64,000 nt of DNA, taken from a virus. Lineage: Duplodnaviria > Heunggongvirae > Uroviricota > Caudoviricetes. Below are positions 35,653-44,311 of the stretch, piece after piece (positions within the stretch are counted from its first letter, which is position 1; each line of letters begins with the position of its first letter). The stretch is from IMG/VR virus record IMGVR_UViG_3300033155_000407, one strand, 5' to 3'. The notes beneath the pieces were generated by a model. The model was not told where the DNA came from and searched no databases. It saw only the letters and a list, made by a program, of their open reading frames with translations. A program made the position numbers and the translations under genes.

Positions 35653-38190
35653 ATGGCAATCACAGTTAATGATGATTTTGTTACTATTCAAAGTTGTGAT
35701 TCTCTTGATGCTTCTCGTTTCAATACGGGAACAGGAGTAAACAACCCGAATAGTGCTGATACTGATATTTTCGTTCAAGGTACAGCTTCATGGCGTGCCC
35801 GTGTTACGGGTGCGTCATTGGGCGGTATTGGTGATGATTTCGCTACTTCCTCCTCTATGGTAGGGGGTAGTCATATTATGATATGGGCAAAAACTTTAGA
35901 TGCTGTATCTGTTGCTGATGGGTGGCGTATTCGATATGCCACTGGCGTTGATACAGAGGCAAACTATAGGGAAATTAGTGCGGGAGGATTGGATACTTCA
36001 CGTAATGTAGTAAAAGGATTCTTCAACTTCTGTGTTGATCCTTTGTTTCCACAAATGAATCAGAATGGTACACCCCCTACACTTGCTAATGGGCGTTCGT
36101 TTGCTATTTTAGCTAACCATACATCTAGTTCTTCTCGTGATACATTCTTTATGGATGAAATAAAACACGGTACAGGTATAACTGTTATAGGTGGCGCATC
36201 TGCCCCACGTGGTTCCCCTGAAATTTCAAGTAACGACAACACCAATGGTCGAGGTACTTTCGTTGATATTAACGGTGTATATTTCCTTCTGGGAAGCGTT
36301 ACAATTGGTGATGTTACGGCCGCAACAAACAGTACATATGAGGACAGCAACAAGGTTTGGGTATTTCAAAATGGATCATTTGCTCCCGATTTCCATAAGA
36401 TCGTATTTGTGGGTGGTACGGGTACAAATGTTGCAACGTTTGGTACAAAAGTTGGTTCAGGTATTACAGCAGTTGGTGCTGGTGGCAATTCGTTCTTGGC
36501 GGCTGGATTAGTACCATTTCATATCGTTGCCCTTGATTCTAATATTAACGTTAATATGTATGGTTGTAGTATCTTGGGGGTATCTGCTCCATATACTGGT
36601 CCATTCCGCGCTGTTGTCGCTGATGACGGTGGTGCGCAGACAGATGAAACGTTTGAAAATTCCAACACGACTGCTAATGACGGAACAGTTTTTCCTGCTG
36701 CCAAGGTAGCCAATGATGCTATCTACTTCGGTGCGGGCAACCAATTCAGCACTATGACACTTAATGTCGGCACAGCCAGTACTGGAACATATGACGTTAT
36801 TTGGGAATATTGGAATGGTGCGTGGGTTGCACTGGACGAAGTGACTGATGGTACAAATGGGTTCACGACTGGCGGTACAAACAATGTCACGTTCGAAACT
36901 CCATTAGATTGGACAAATACGACTATCAATTCACAAGGTCCATTCAAGTTTGTGCGCTGTCGTATCACTGCAGTTACAACTGCCGGCACTGCACCCCTAA
37001 CAACACAGTCACTAGTTAGTTCAGGTTGTCATGCTCACTTAGAGCACGCTAATTGTGATATTATTTCCAATACTTTTACAGGTATGGATCAAATTCACGT
37101 AGATAACGATGCAATATTTAGAAAAAATACTATAATTTCTTCAGTAACTAGTATAAAAGATGGGGCAATTGATTTAGGTGATGTCGCTCCTGCAACAGAT
37201 ACTTTTAGAGATATAAGTGTTCAGAACTGTAACTCTGGTGTACATATAAAAGGTCCGGGGACATGGACATTCCCCAATATCAAATTTGCCGGTAATACTA
37301 TTGATGTTATACAAAGTTCTAAGACTGTTACAGTAGACTCTTATGCTGAGACTAATCAAGACGCAACAACTTCACTGAATGGTACACTTTGGTATGTGGG
37401 TCAATCTTTTAATGGGGCGGCAGAAACTATATCCAGAGCGCGATTTATGCTTAGCAAATCTGCTTCTCCAACAGGCAACGCAGTCGCCAGTATTTATGCA
37501 CACTCAGGTTCATTCGGAACTACGTCAGTTGCCACTGGTTTAGCATTAGCTACTTCAGAGCCCGTCGATGTTTCCACACTTACTGGTACACTAGTAATGA
37601 CTGACTTTCAGTTTCATGATGAGTTTACAATGTCCTCTGCTACAGATTACGTTGTAACATTGGAATACACGGGTGGTGATGTTACGAACACAGTTAATAT
37701 AGGTACAGATACTAGTACACCCGGTCATAGTGGTAACTTTATTACTGGCGGGGATGATAAATTATGGGTAGCTGTTCCAGGTACTGATGCTATTTTTGAG
37801 CAACGTACTGGTGGAATAGCAACTATTAATATTACAGAAGGCGGAGATACCCCTGTAGTTAATACTCTATACGGTGCTACAATAGTTAATAATACTGTAG
37901 CAGTTAAAATAACTGTTTTAGATAAGAATAATGCACCAATACATAATGCCCGAGTATTACTAGAGGCTGCATCTGGCGGACCATTATCTGTAGGTACTGA
38001 TATACTTACAGGTTTAACGGATTCTTCTGGATTAATACAAGATTTAGGCTTTAACTTTATATCAATTCAACCTCTCCAAGGTTGGGTTAGAAAAAGCTCC
38101 GGCGCACCATTTTACATAACTACAAATTTGACTGGCAGCATAGTTTCTTCTGGATACGATGTTACAATAATTATGCCGTTTGATCAATAA
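35653..38190 (+). CDS. large putative tail fibre / tailspike structural protein
   Basis: 845 aa with similar composition and a beta-rich repetitive pattern. Confidence 0.45.
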   Translation: MAITVNDDFVTIQSCDSLDASRFNTGTGVNNPNSADTDIFVQGTASWRARVTGASLGGIGDDFATSSSMVGGSHIMIWAKTLDAVSVADGWRIRYATGVDTEANYREISAGGLDTSRNVVKGFFNFCVDPLFPQMNQNGTPPTLANGRSFAILANHTSSSSRDTFFMDEIKHGTGITVIGGASAPRGSPEISSNDNTNGRGTFVDINGVYFLLGSVTIGDVTAATNSTYEDSNKVWVFQNGSFAPDFHKIVFVGGTGTNVATFGTKVGSGITAVGAGGNSFLAAGLVPFHIVALDSNINVNMYGCSILGVSAPYTGPFRAVVADDGGAQTDETFENSNTTANDGTVFPAAKVANDAIYFGAGNQFSTMTLNVGTASTGTYDVIWEYWNGAWVALDEVTDGTNGFTTGGTNNVTFETPLDWTNTTINSQGPFKFVRCRITAVTTAGTAPLTTQSLVSSGCHAHLEHANCDIISNTFTGMDQIHVDNDAIFRKNTIISSVTSIKDGAIDLGDVAPATDTFRDISVQNCNSGVHIKGPGTWTFPNIKFAGNTIDVIQSSKTVTVDSYAETNQDATTSLNGTLWYVGQSFNGAAETISRARFMLSKSASPTGNAVASIYAHSGSFGTTSVATGLALATSEPVDVSTLTGTLVMTDFQFHDEFTMSSATDYVVTLEYTGGDVTNTVNIGTDTSTPGHSGNFITGGDDKLWVAVPGTDAIFEQRTGGIATINITEGGDTPVVNTLYGATIVNNTVAVKITVLDKNNAPIHNARVLLEAASGGPLSVGTDILTGLTDSSGLIQDLGFNFISIQPLQGWVRKSSGAPFYITTNLTGSIVSSGYDVTIIMPFDQ

Positions 38191-38199
38191 GGAAATATA

Positions 38200-38562
38200 A
38201 TGATAAAAATAGAAGAAATAAAATTACCGGATTTAAAGGTGACTCCTCAAATAGACTTTGGAAAGGATTTCGAAGCATTCGATACTGAACGAAAAATAAG
38301 ATACTTAAAAATATTTTCTAGTGCGATGAATCACACAGCAGATACGATACAACAAGAAAGGGATGCTGCACTTAATGAAATTAATAGAATGAAAAATGTA
38401 TTAGAGAATGCGGATCAAGCTGTAAGTATACAGAAAGATATAGTAGTAAGAGCTATTACAACACATAATGCAGAAAAACAAGATCTAATTAAGAGAATCC
38501 AAGAATTGGAATCTGAGGCTAAAAATTTAAATAGTATTATAGATAATCTTCAGGAGAAATAA
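38200..38562 (+). CDS. coiled-coil protein (possible fibre assembly or linker protein)
   Basis: 120 aa with heptad-like E/K/L/I content. Confidence 0.4.
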   Translation: MIKIEEIKLPDLKVTPQIDFGKDFEAFDTERKIRYLKIFSSAMNHTADTIQQERDAALNEINRMKNVLENADQAVSIQKDIVVRAITTHNAEKQDLIKRIQELESEAKNLNSIIDNLQEK

Positions 38563-40538
38563 TGGCTACTACAGTCACATGGAGTACAAAAGTTATTAAT
38601 GTTTTACGAGCAGATATGTTGCTTGTACAGTCCGTGCCAACTGAAATTAGAGAATTAGATACTGATTCTTTTCGTTTAGAATTAAAAGCTTTAGAGGCGG
38701 GTGAAGAGGGTATGCCTTTTATAGATACTCACACAAGTAACTCTCCTGTAACAGTAGGAGGCGTAACACTGGCGCGAACACTTGAAATTATTAATGGATA
38801 TACTGTTACGTTTGAAGATGGACAGTATGCTGTGAATTTAGCTGGTACTAATAATAATATTGGTGACGTTACAAATGTAAATCAGGTATCTATTAGATCT
38901 GCTAATTCAGCTGGTTTAACATTTTCTAAAGAAGTTGAAGATCAATCTTTTGCAGATGCAAGAGTTTGGGTAGATTCTGTAAATGGTTTACCCGGTACAC
39001 AATTTCCAAGAGGTACTCCAGGAGACCCTACTTTTAGCATACAAGATGCCGAAACTATCATAGCAGTTAGAGGTTTACCCCCTAGATTACATTTAAGAGG
39101 ACCATTTATTTTAACGGGGGCAGATAGTATAGCGGGTTATGATATAGAATCTGGATCAGCTAGACTTGCTGATATTAATTTTGGTGGTGCTGATACTACT
39201 GATTTAGTTATTTCTTCTACAGCTATTAGCGGGGTTGCTAATGGGGCCCTTACAGCGGATTCTACTTCATCTTTTTCTAACCTACAAAATTTTTCAGGAA
39301 AAATGGTTAATGGTGGAATAGAGGGAATCATTACTTTAGAGGGTATAGAAAGATTTGAATTTATTGATTGTCATTCAAGAGTTGGAGGGGATAATGTTCC
39401 TACACTTGATTGTATGGATTTAAATAATTTAGATCTACAAATAAGAGGTTATGACGGAGGAGTTAGATTAACTAATATTAGTACTTCTGGTGCAGTTGCA
39501 TCTATAGATTTAAATAGCGGACATGTTATACTAGATTCGACAGTTACTATGGGGGATATAGTAGTAAGAGGTTCAGGTTATATTACTGATAATAGTGGTC
39601 CTAATGTTACGGTAAATATACAAGGACTAAGTGCAGGAACTAGTGGTTTAACCGCTGCTGAAAGTTTACAAATAAATGAAATGCATGGTCAAGTTCGAAG
39701 ATCAGTATATATTAATACTGAAGCAATTGCAGCAGGAAATGGGTATCAACAAACACCTTTTAATACTTTTACAGCCGCAGTAGATTTTGCAGAAACCAAT
39801 GGTTTAACTAAATTAATTTTATTGGCTGATGCCACTGTAGATAGACAATTAAAGAATTTTATATTTGAAGGAATAGGAGATCCAGTACTAGATGTAAATA
39901 ATCAAATTATACATAAATCAGAATTTGAAGATTTAACTTTAGACGGTATTATAGCTGTTGGATCTACTATACACGCACATGATTGTACTTTAAATAATAA
40001 TTTAACTGGACTACAAGGTTCATTTATTGAATGTGGTATAGCCGGCAACTTAACTTTAGCTACTGGTTCTCAGACAGTATTGAATGAGTGTTTCTCTACA
40101 ATAGGGGGTGCAGGTAGACCACATATTAATGTTAATGGAGGTACAGCTAATGTTAGTATTAGAGCTTATGCCGGTGGTTTAACTGTAGGGGGTATGAATG
40201 ATTCAGGAGATCAAGTTACGGTATCAATGAGCACAGGCAAATTAACATTAGATAATACTAATACTTTAGGTTTTATTTCAGTAAGAGGAATGTCACAATT
40301 TACTGATAATACAGCAGGAACAGTAGTAGATAAGGATGGATTATTAGATACTTTTCAACAAGGCTTATTGGTTAAATTACTTAAGAATAGACTGGAGACT
40401 GATCCAACAACTGGAATACTAACAGTATATGATGATGATGATGTTACCGTATTATTAAGTGGAAATATTTACGAAGATGTATTAGCCGCACAAGTTTACA
40501 GAGGTAGGGGACTAGAACGAAGAGATAAATTAACATGA
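38562..40538 (+). CDS. putative tailspike with a right-handed beta-helix (pectate-lyase-like) region
   Basis: 658 aa with repeated short beta-rung motifs (NLTLATGSQTVLNECFSTIGGAGRPHINVNGGTANVSIRAYAGGLTVGG...). Confidence 0.45.
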   Translation: MATTVTWSTKVINVLRADMLLVQSVPTEIRELDTDSFRLELKALEAGEEGMPFIDTHTSNSPVTVGGVTLARTLEIINGYTVTFEDGQYAVNLAGTNNNIGDVTNVNQVSIRSANSAGLTFSKEVEDQSFADARVWVDSVNGLPGTQFPRGTPGDPTFSIQDAETIIAVRGLPPRLHLRGPFILTGADSIAGYDIESGSARLADINFGGADTTDLVISSTAISGVANGALTADSTSSFSNLQNFSGKMVNGGIEGIITLEGIERFEFIDCHSRVGGDNVPTLDCMDLNNLDLQIRGYDGGVRLTNISTSGAVASIDLNSGHVILDSTVTMGDIVVRGSGYITDNSGPNVTVNIQGLSAGTSGLTAAESLQINEMHGQVRRSVYINTEAIAAGNGYQQTPFNTFTAAVDFAETNGLTKLILLADATVDRQLKNFIFEGIGDPVLDVNNQIIHKSEFEDLTLDGIIAVGSTIHAHDCTLNNNLTGLQGSFIECGIAGNLTLATGSQTVLNECFSTIGGAGRPHINVNGGTANVSIRAYAGGLTVGGMNDSGDQVTVSMSTGKLTLDNTNTLGFISVRGMSQFTDNTAGTVVDKDGLLDTFQQGLLVKLLKNRLETDPTTGILTVYDDDDVTVLLSGNIYEDVLAAQVYRGRGLERRDKLT

Positions 40539-40783
40539 GTTATGCAGCATATGGGTATGGTAAGCACGGTGCAGTACAGGGGTTTGTAGCAGCTTTTGGA
40601 TTAGGAATACTAGCATTATTCCCCGAGGGTCTGGTACCTACTTTCACATGTGTAGTATCTGAGGAGATTAGAATAGAATTAGTAGGAAGAGAAATTCGTA
40701 GTATGGTCATGGAAGCCGATATTCGTGATGAATCAATTAAATTTGAAGATAGAATAATTTTACTAACTAAGAGAGATTCGTAA
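40535..40783 (+). CDS. small hypothetical protein (82 aa)
   Basis: ORF; its C-terminal 35 aa are paralogous to the adjacent 39-aa ORF. Confidence 0.35.
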   Translation: MSYAAYGYGKHGAVQGFVAAFGLGILALFPEGLVPTFTCVVSEEIRIELVGREIRSMVMEADIRDESIKFEDRIILLTKRDS

Positions 40784-40784
40784 A

Positions 40785-40904
40785 ATGTTAATAATAGTAG
40801 AAAAAGAGATTCGTATTATGTTGGTGAAGGTAGATACTCGTGATGAATCTATTAAATCTGAAAATAGAATAGTTTTACTAGCTGAAAGTGATGAAATTAC
40901 ATAG
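40785..40904 (+). CDS. 39-aa ORF, a tandem partial duplicate of the preceding gene's 3-prime end
   Basis: MLIIVEKEIRIMLVKVDTRDESIKSENRIVLLAESDEIT compared with ...REIRSMVMEADIRDESIKFEDRIILLTKRDS. Confidence 0.25.
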   Translation: MLIIVEKEIRIMLVKVDTRDESIKSENRIVLLAESDEIT

Positions 40905-40912
40905 GATAAAAA

Positions 40913-41608
40913 ATGGTTGGTTGGACGAAAGAAGATTACGATAATAATTATAGATTTCGTGTTGAAAGATATTTCGGTGGACACCCTAATACTCGACCAG
41001 AAGTTGTAGTTCGATATCACAGATGGGGTATGAAACCTATAATAGATGATATGTGGGCTACGTTGGTTCCAATTTTAGGGCTGAATCTTAATGATGCTAT
41101 ATGTGTCGTTGGGGCAGGCTTTGGTTGGGGCGTTGAAGCACTTATCACAGAGACTGGTGCTGCATTGGTTGGAATTGACATTTCAGACTACATTGCGGCC
41201 GAACAGACGGGTACAGAGGAAGCTGAGCTTCGCGCTGAGATAACAGCAGCGGGCCTTGATCCGGATACCGGAAGAGGCTTGGAGGTCATGGGCCATATTT
41301 ATGATGGGCTACCCAGATCGAATGTTATCGTACTGAACAATGATGCGTCTACTGGGCCTCAACGTAATGAGATCAGAACAGCATTAGGTGGAACTTGGCC
41401 GAGTGTTGTTATATACGAGGACATTGTAGATGACACATGGACCGACACCGATATTCTTAATGCGCGTAATGCGGGTAATGGTTTCGGTGGTGCACAGCGA
41501 TTAATCTGGATATACAATGGTACAGCAACACGATCACAAGCAGATTTACAAACAATTGCATTAGGTGCTGAGGTAATCTCTCGAGACGGTGAGAGGTACT
41601 TGACGTAA
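40913..41608 (+). CDS. class I SAM-dependent methyltransferase-like protein
   Basis: Motif I ICVVGAGFGWG, motif II ALVGIDISD (an acidic residue ends beta-2), motif IV-like NVIVLNND. Confidence 0.4.
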   Translation: MVGWTKEDYDNNYRFRVERYFGGHPNTRPEVVVRYHRWGMKPIIDDMWATLVPILGLNLNDAICVVGAGFGWGVEALITETGAALVGIDISDYIAAEQTGTEEAELRAEITAAGLDPDTGRGLEVMGHIYDGLPRSNVIVLNNDASTGPQRNEIRTALGGTWPSVVIYEDIVDDTWTDTDILNARNAGNGFGGAQRLIWIYNGTATRSQADLQTIALGAEVISRDGERYLT

Positions 41609-43851
41609 TGGCTGATACAGGGTGGAAATTCCCAGGCACAACGGACGGTTCTTTCTTCCTCGACGCCTCTCCATGGGTTAACCCAGATAACGTTAAAGCG
41701 GATGATGGTTCTAATACAACTAACTCCACAGCAATCACCGATGCTCTAGATTGGTTTCGGGCCTCTAACTTCGACTTTTCTAGTATCCCCTCAGGTGCGA
41801 CTATAGACGGCTTTGAAATACGAGTTGGTGATTACCTTGTTGATACCGTAAGTGGTACCCCTAGCTGGACTCTCTTAAATCTGGTAGATCAGAATGCGAC
41901 TCTTACAGGGATTAGTTTGCACGGCTCTTTGTCAGCCCACACAACTTCTGTTCAGACTGGTGACGTTTTCAATACTCAAATTGGGTGGGATACTAACCTG
42001 AATAGGGCAGTCGTTCAAGATATCGACTTTGGGTTTGTTTTAACGGCCAAACTCGTCTCAGCTGTCGCTACTAATTTTGAACTAGATTTTTTGCAAATGA
42101 GGGTATTTTATCACGAAGGTGTGCCAACAATAATACCTAGTGCCGTCGGTGTCCCCGGTTACCAGCCTCCTTTCAAATCTAGTGCAGACAACTATTATAC
42201 AGTTGTTCGCGATATACCGCTTCGTGATGAACACCTAGACGTTTACAAAACAGCTGACCCTACTACTGATACTTGGGTCCGGCAGGCGGCAGCTGGACCG
42301 GTACACGCAGGAACATCCGTTGAGGGTTTCTCCTGTACCCAAGCTGGGGATGTAATACATATTATCGCTTGGAGTAATGCATCATATGAGTATTACACTT
42401 TTAATATGGCTACTGATTTGTGGGCCATTGATGAATCGATGGAAGCCCCTACAAACGCCCCTACATTTATGTGGGCGTCAATAGCAGTACGTTCAGATGG
42501 TGATGTAGTTGTTGCCTATGCTGGTGACACTGATCAGGTCATGGGTGGCAAGAAAGAGCGGGTTGATTATAATGTAAGGACTGGGGGTACTTGGGGTGGA
42601 GCTCAAGCACTAGATGCTGCGGGGGATATTCATTACGGAAACCCGAACTGTGTACTGGGTACAAATGATTTTGTGCATTGTATCTGGCAAAGACGGACGA
42701 ATATTGCTGACCCGCCTAGCGCTTGGGATAATACACAAGGCAGAACCATCAGTCCTATTACTGATAATGCTTCGACGGTTGATGATAATACTGCCAGTAG
42801 TGGCCAAGCGGTTCTTGGTATTCAGCACATAATCTCTTACGATGATGTAGGCACACAAAGAATAATAGTCCCCGCCTTTCGAGAATCCACTACTTCTATG
42901 CAGACTGCTAGAGGAATTGAAGATGGCAGTGACAACCTGCTATTGGATGCCACCCGCATAAATACGACCCACACCGGTGGTTCGGTATTTACTGTTGGTG
43001 AGGCTAATCCTGTCACCTTTGCTGAATTAGACGGTGATATTTATGGCCTATATAGCGGTGGTGGTGCGGGTGGGGTAGATCAGGATTTATGGTATATTAA
43101 AAGTACAGATGACGGGAGCACCTGGACCTTACCGGTAGAAGAACTTGATGGTGTAACAGTTAATTCTGTATCGGCCTCTATATATTCGAAAGGCACCAGA
43201 TTGGTTACAGACTGGAAATTCCCCGGTACGATGGTTGGTAATCGTGCGATTGTTGGTTCAGATGCCGATTGGGTTAATGCAGATAATGCAAAATTAGATG
43301 ACGGAGTTCTTACAACTGTTGATCTTGTTAACAACCTAGATATCAGTTCAGGCTTAGCTGCTCAAAATTTCGATTTTTCAGTTATTCCAGTAGGATCTAA
43401 AATTGAGGGAATTGAGGTCAAGGTAGAGGGTTATTTTCTTAGTGCCACGCTCATGAGTTTTATTGACTGTAAATTAATAAATGCAGCTGGTGTAGATGGT
43501 GCTGAAGATAAGAATACTGAATTAACAGCTCCAACTACAAGCCCTCAAGAGTCTATAGCTGGAAGTCCTACAGATCTTTGGCAAGAAGACTGGACTTCGG
43601 CAGATATACTAGATATTGATTTTGGATTTTTTATTGGTGTAAACACGAACGCAACGAGAACTTTTAGCGTAGATTCTATGCAAATGCGAGTGCACTATAC
43701 GGTTCCACCGATTGTAATTGGTTATGTATATGAAGATAATGGAATAATGAAATATGGAGAAAAGACTTTAGTTGAAGCATTAGTAGATAATTTTCCATAT
43801 CACGTAATTGAACAAAGACTTAGAGAAATGAAAACCTTATTAACAATTTAG
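41608..43851 (+). CDS. BNR/Asp-box repeat protein (sialidase-like beta-propeller) with a duplicated flanking domain
   Basis: Canonical Asp-box S-T-D-D-G-S-T-W at 43102-43125; N-terminal and C-terminal domains are paralogous (TGWKFPGT...DFGF...LQMRVFYH vs TDWKFPGT...DFGF...MQMRVHYT). Confidence 0.5.
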   Translation: MADTGWKFPGTTDGSFFLDASPWVNPDNVKADDGSNTTNSTAITDALDWFRASNFDFSSIPSGATIDGFEIRVGDYLVDTVSGTPSWTLLNLVDQNATLTGISLHGSLSAHTTSVQTGDVFNTQIGWDTNLNRAVVQDIDFGFVLTAKLVSAVATNFELDFLQMRVFYHEGVPTIIPSAVGVPGYQPPFKSSADNYYTVVRDIPLRDEHLDVYKTADPTTDTWVRQAAAGPVHAGTSVEGFSCTQAGDVIHIIAWSNASYEYYTFNMATDLWAIDESMEAPTNAPTFMWASIAVRSDGDVVVAYAGDTDQVMGGKKERVDYNVRTGGTWGGAQALDAAGDIHYGNPNCVLGTNDFVHCIWQRRTNIADPPSAWDNTQGRTISPITDNASTVDDNTASSGQAVLGIQHIISYDDVGTQRIIVPAFRESTTSMQTARGIEDGSDNLLLDATRINTTHTGGSVFTVGEANPVTFAELDGDIYGLYSGGGAGGVDQDLWYIKSTDDGSTWTLPVEELDGVTVNSVSASIYSKGTRLVTDWKFPGTMVGNRAIVGSDADWVNADNAKLDDGVLTTVDLVNNLDISSGLAAQNFDFSVIPVGSKIEGIEVKVEGYFLSATLMSFIDCKLINAAGVDGAEDKNTELTAPTTSPQESIAGSPTDLWQEDWTSADILDIDFGFFIGVNTNATRTFSVDSMQMRVHYTVPPIVIGYVYEDNGIMKYGEKTLVEALVDNFPYHVIEQRLREMKTLLTI

Positions 43852-43861
43852 GAGAAAATAA

Positions 43862-44311
43862 ATGGGTAGAATGTATACCGCAACAGGTAGTTTAGCTACT
43901 TGGACTGCGGCAGGAGATATAGTAGAAATTAATGCTCCCGCAGATGGAATAGTAATTATACATTCCGTTCAAGTAACACAAAGTACATCGGAAACTGATG
44001 ATTCTACAGAGATAAGAATTTCAAGATTTGTTACAAGTGGTACCGGTGGAGCAACCCCCACCGCTAATCCAATGGAAGTGGGTAGTCCGGCTTTCGGGGG
44101 TACGATTGAAGAGGGAAGTACTGTAGATGCTTCAGGTACTGAAGCAGAACTATATTCGGAAGGTATTTCTTTATTAGCAGGATTTCAGAAAATCTGGACT
44201 CCAGATATGCGACCTATTATTCCACCTTCCGGACGTATAGTAGTTAAGACTATTGTAGCTGTAACATCTGTAACTATTAACTATGTAGTAGAATTTGAAG
44301 AGATAGGTTAA
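43862..44311 (+). CDS. hypothetical structural protein (149 aa)
   Basis: ORF with an AGGAGAAAATAA RBS region. Confidence 0.4.
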   Translation: MGRMYTATGSLATWTAAGDIVEINAPADGIVIIHSVQVTQSTSETDDSTEIRISRFVTSGTGGATPTANPMEVGSPAFGGTIEEGSTVDASGTEAELYSEGISLLAGFQKIWTPDMRPIIPPSGRIVVKTIVAVTSVTINYVVEFEEIG

